Assembly (NCBI GenBank): GCA_031422435.1
Contig: JANPLU010000046.1
Location: forward strand, 1-30,453
Direction: 5' to 3'
DNA length: 30,453 nucleotides
DNA from: Acaryochloridaceae cyanobacterium VAR_48_metabat_390
GTDB lineage: Bacteria > Cyanobacteriota > Cyanobacteriia > Thermosynechococcales > Thermosynechococcaceae
Both the position numbers and the translations under genes were made by a program. This document shows, piece by piece, positions 27,894-30,453 of the stretch; position 1 is the first letter of the stretch; each line of letters begins with the position of its first letter. The notes under the pieces were generated by a model. That model searched no databases, was not told the origin of the DNA, and was given only the letters and a program-made list of their open reading frames with translations.

Positions 27894-28748
27894 TTAGGGC
27901 TGTACCTGAAAGGCTAAGCGGCTCTGTCCGCTGGCCTTTATTTTTTTGAGTAGTTTGGCAGCCTCATCAGTAATGAGGGCATAATCTTCTGGCATTTCTA
28001 GAAATGTCATCACCCCAAAAATACACTCGATTGAGACATCCTCTGACACTAGATCTGTTTTGAGTTCCGGCAAAATACGCGTAAAAACCTGCTTTGCCTG
28101 GTTATCATCAGTTTGGGGCAGAATGATTGCAAACTCACTATTGCTAAGCCGAGCCACCACGTCGTTTAATCGTAGCGCTTCACTTAGACGTTCTACAAAT
28201 TGATACAGCAGCTCGTCTCCCTTTTGGTAGCCTAAACGCTGATTAATTTCCTCGAAGTTATCGAGGTCAACATATACCAGCGTTAGCGGGAAGCGATATC
28301 GCTGAGAACGGTTAAACTCTGCTTCGAGTAGCTCCATAAAAAAGCGCCGATTAATTGCGCCTGTCGCCGCATCGGTTCTAGATAACTGCCGCTCAATTTC
28401 ACTCGAAATTTTAAGGCGATGGATTAACTCCGCCACTACATAGCCCACTAGCCCAGTCACCAGTCCATTCCAGAAGGATAGCTCTGGTTTTAAAGGAATC
28501 CACTGCCCCCAAACTACGGCGGTAGCACTTAAGCCAGCCATCAAGAAGCCAGGGCGCACACCCACAAACCAAGTGGCGATCGCCACTGGAATCAGGTAAA
28601 AGATCAGCAGCGATGCTTGAGCCAGACGATAATCTACAGTGCCAATTGCCAAAATGAGGACAATGCTGATGCCTATTAGAAGTGGTTTTGGCAACCTGTT
28701 TAATACAGCTATCACGGCTTTGCTTAACTCAAACTGAAGTGTGATCAA
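27894..28748 (-). CDS. Membrane-anchored degenerate GGDEF-domain protein
   Basis: About 4 TM helices, then DAATGAINRR, LVYVDLDNFEEIN..LGYQKGDELL, RLNDVVARLSNSEFAIILP. TTG at 28748 follows AAAGGAGG and is preferred over 28847. Confidence 0.85.
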   Translation of the reverse strand: MITLQFELSKAVIAVLNRLPKPLLIGISIVLILAIGTVDYRLAQASLLIFYLIPVAIATWFVGVRPGFLMAGLSATAVVWGQWIPLKPELSFWNGLVTGLVGYVVAELIHRLKISSEIERQLSRTDAATGAINRRFFMELLEAEFNRSQRYRFPLTLVYVDLDNFEEINQRLGYQKGDELLYQFVERLSEALRLNDVVARLSNSEFAIILPQTDDNQAKQVFTRILPELKTDLVSEDVSIECIFGVMTFLEMPEDYALITDEAAKLLKKIKASGQSRLAFQVQP

Positions 28749-28966
28749 TCGTCCTCCTTTGAGCCGCTGGCAATCGCTCGCTTTTAGAGTACCCCAATTC
28801 TTTCTAGAATTAGCCTGCCTTGTCAGAATTGTGATGCTTGTCTGCATAGATGCTCTAAGTTCCCTTCACAGGTGACGCAAAATCTCGGCATGAGCGCGAG
28901 TTCAGTACACCTGCTAAGATCTCGCTCATGCCTCTGCTGCGATCGCCCCTCTCTTAGACTGCCGCT

Positions 28967-30453
28967 ATGACCGCCCCTATTTTGACCGTTCAGAATCTTC
29001 AGGTTCAGTTTAAGACGGATACAGACCTAATCAAAGCGGTAGACGACATCTCCTTTACTCTGAAACGCGGACAAACCCTGGGCATTGTGGGGGAGTCCGG
29101 TTCAGGTAAGTCTGTCACGGCGCTGTCGCTACTGCGCTTGGTGCCTACCCCTGGCGACGTTGTAGGTGGGGAGCTATGGTTTCAAGAAGAGTCTCATCCT
29201 GCCATTAACCTGCTGACCCTTTCTGAACTCGAAATGCAGCATTATCGCGGTGGGCGAATTGCGATGATTTTTCAGGAGCCAATGAGTTCTCTCAACCCCG
29301 TTTTTACCTGCGGGTTCCAGCTCATTGAGGCGCTGCGGCTGCATCAGCCTATTACCAAAGCAGCGGCAGAAGAACAGGCGATCGCCCTGCTCCAAGAGGT
29401 CAAGCTCATTCCCTCAGAAGAACTGCTGAAGCAGCGGCTTCTAGATGAAGCAGATAACAGAGGTACAGTCGTCACCGAGCGGCAGTTGTTTGCAGAGATG
29501 AGTGAGCGCAAGCGATCCTTTTTGCAGCGATACCCCCATGAATTATCTGGCGGACAAATTCAGCGCCTTATGATTGCGATGGCAATTTCGTGTAGCCCTG
29601 CCATTCTGATTGCGGATGAGCCAACTACGGCACTCGACGTAACGGTGCAGGCACAGGTGCTAGACCTGCTCAAGGAACTGCAAGATCGGCGCGGGATGTC
29701 GATTATTTTTGTGACCCACGATTTGGGCATTGTGGCGGCGATCGCCGATGAAGTTGCGGTTATGTACCAGGGCAAGTTTGTAGAGTACGGCTCGATCAAC
29801 CAAATCTTCAGTCACCCGACTCACCCTTATACCCAGGGTTTACTCGCCTGTCGCCCCCAGCCTAACAAGCAGCTCAAATACCTGCCTACGGTGGCAGATT
29901 TCATGAAAACGGTGCTGGATGAGCAGGGCTTCGCCGTCACTCAAACCACATCCACTCAACAAGACGGGCGGCTTAACATTGAGATTAGCGAAGCCGAACA
30001 GCGCGATCGCACCCAAGCTCTAGCCCGCCAAACCCCGCTCGTGAACGTGACAGACCTCAAAGTTTGGTTTCCGGTGCGGGGGGCAATGGGTCAAGCCAAA
30101 CGCTACGTTCCCGCAGTGAATGGAGTTTCGTTTCAAATTTATCCTGGCGAAACCTTGGGGCTAGTGGGTGAGTCGGGCTGTGGTAAGACGACCTTGGGGC
30201 GCAGCCTCCTGCGACTGATAGAGCCAACAGGTGGCTCCATTCAGTTTGATGGGCAGGAAATTACGACACTCAACGGCAAGCGGCTACGACGGCTGCGTCA
30301 AGACCTACAAATTGTGTTTCAAGACCCCTTTAGCTCCCTAAACCCGCGCATGAGCGTGGGTGCAATTGTGATGGAGCCGATGAATATTTTTGCCAAGCTG
30401 AGCGGCATTAAACAAAACGTCCGAGATCGCGCCCTCTACCTCCTAGAGCGAGT
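28967..30453 (+). CDS. Peptide/nickel-type ABC transporter ATP-binding protein with two fused ABC domains (partial, runs off the right edge)
   Basis: Not in the ORF track. [15 protein letters not shown]..., [46 protein letters not shown], second Walker [19 protein letters not shown]. Confidence 0.93.
   Translation, partial: MTAPILTVQNLQVQFKTDTDLIKAVDDISFTLKRGQTLGIVGESGSGKSVTALSLLRLVPTPGDVVGGELWFQEESHPAINLLTLSELEMQHYRGGRIAMIFQEPMSSLNPVFTCGFQLIEALRLHQPITKAAAEEQAIALLQEVKLIPSEELLKQRLLDEADNRGTVVTERQLFAEMSERKRSFLQRYPHELSGGQIQRLMIAMAISCSPAILIADEPTTALDVTVQAQVLDLLKELQDRRGMSIIFVTHDLGIVAAIADEVAVMYQGKFVEYGSINQIFSHPTHPYTQGLLACRPQPNKQLKYLPTVADFMKTVLDEQGFAVTQTTSTQQDGRLNIEISEAEQRDRTQALARQTPLVNVTDLKVWFPVRGAMGQAKRYVPAVNGVSFQIYPGETLGLVGESGCGKTTLGRSLLRLIEPTGGSIQFDGQEITTLNGKRLRRLRQDLQIVFQDPFSSLNPRMSVGAIVMEPMNIFAKLSGIKQNVRDRALYLLER

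Larger units (their letters stand above)
731..30010. repeat. HIP1 octamer GCGATCGC dispersed through the window
   Basis: Roughly 30 copies counted by eye (e.g. 731, 1691, 1901, 13955, 19205), typical of cyanobacteria. Confidence 0.9.

Noticed and set aside
28860..28935. GACGCAAA resembling part of a c-di-GMP-I riboswitch near the GGDEF gene
   Set aside because: It lacks the upstream GGCAAA and the GAAA-tetraloop P2 stem; an 8-mer match alone is not sufficient.
29400..29520. Insertion of about 35 aa before YPHELSGGQ in the ABC ATPase
   Set aside because: From recall, similar helical insertions are common in cyanobacterial orthologues, and there are no intein motifs.
288..29799. Many 60-126 aa ORFs overlapping argZ, pntA, lgt, natB, purH, ileS and the ABC gene
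   Set aside because: Shadow or alternate-frame ORFs of well-supported genes, with no independent features.

Overview
Cyanobacterial chromosomal window, judged from many HIP1 GCGATCGC octamers and cyanobacterial-type genes. Most of it is housekeeping: the 5' end of a Crp/Fnr regulator, YciI, a beta-propeller/transglutaminase-like protein, DUF2283, DUF4327, argZ/agrE, pntAB, a phytase-like esterase, lgt-cobM, a natB-like amino-acid binding lipoprotein, a carboxylesterase, purH, VanZ, VOC, GT25, ileS, a small secreted protein, a degenerate GGDEF protein and a partial peptide ABC ATPase. The most notable part is an AT-rich, HIP1-free block (about 14.3-18.9 kb). It holds a decayed PP2C/SpoIIE phosphatase, an FHA-PAS-GAF-PAS histidine kinase and a receiver protein with no DNA-binding domain, and is a candidate link between Ser/Thr and His-Asp signalling. 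Also notable: three G-quadruplex-capable hairpin repeats and a TA-flanked MITE around pntAB, an uncalled lipoxygenase pseudogene, a GGDEF protein with a dead active site but intact I-site, a nonsense codon in YciI, and a low-GC patch near the 3' end of ileS. All family assignments come from motif recognition by eye; no database searches were run.
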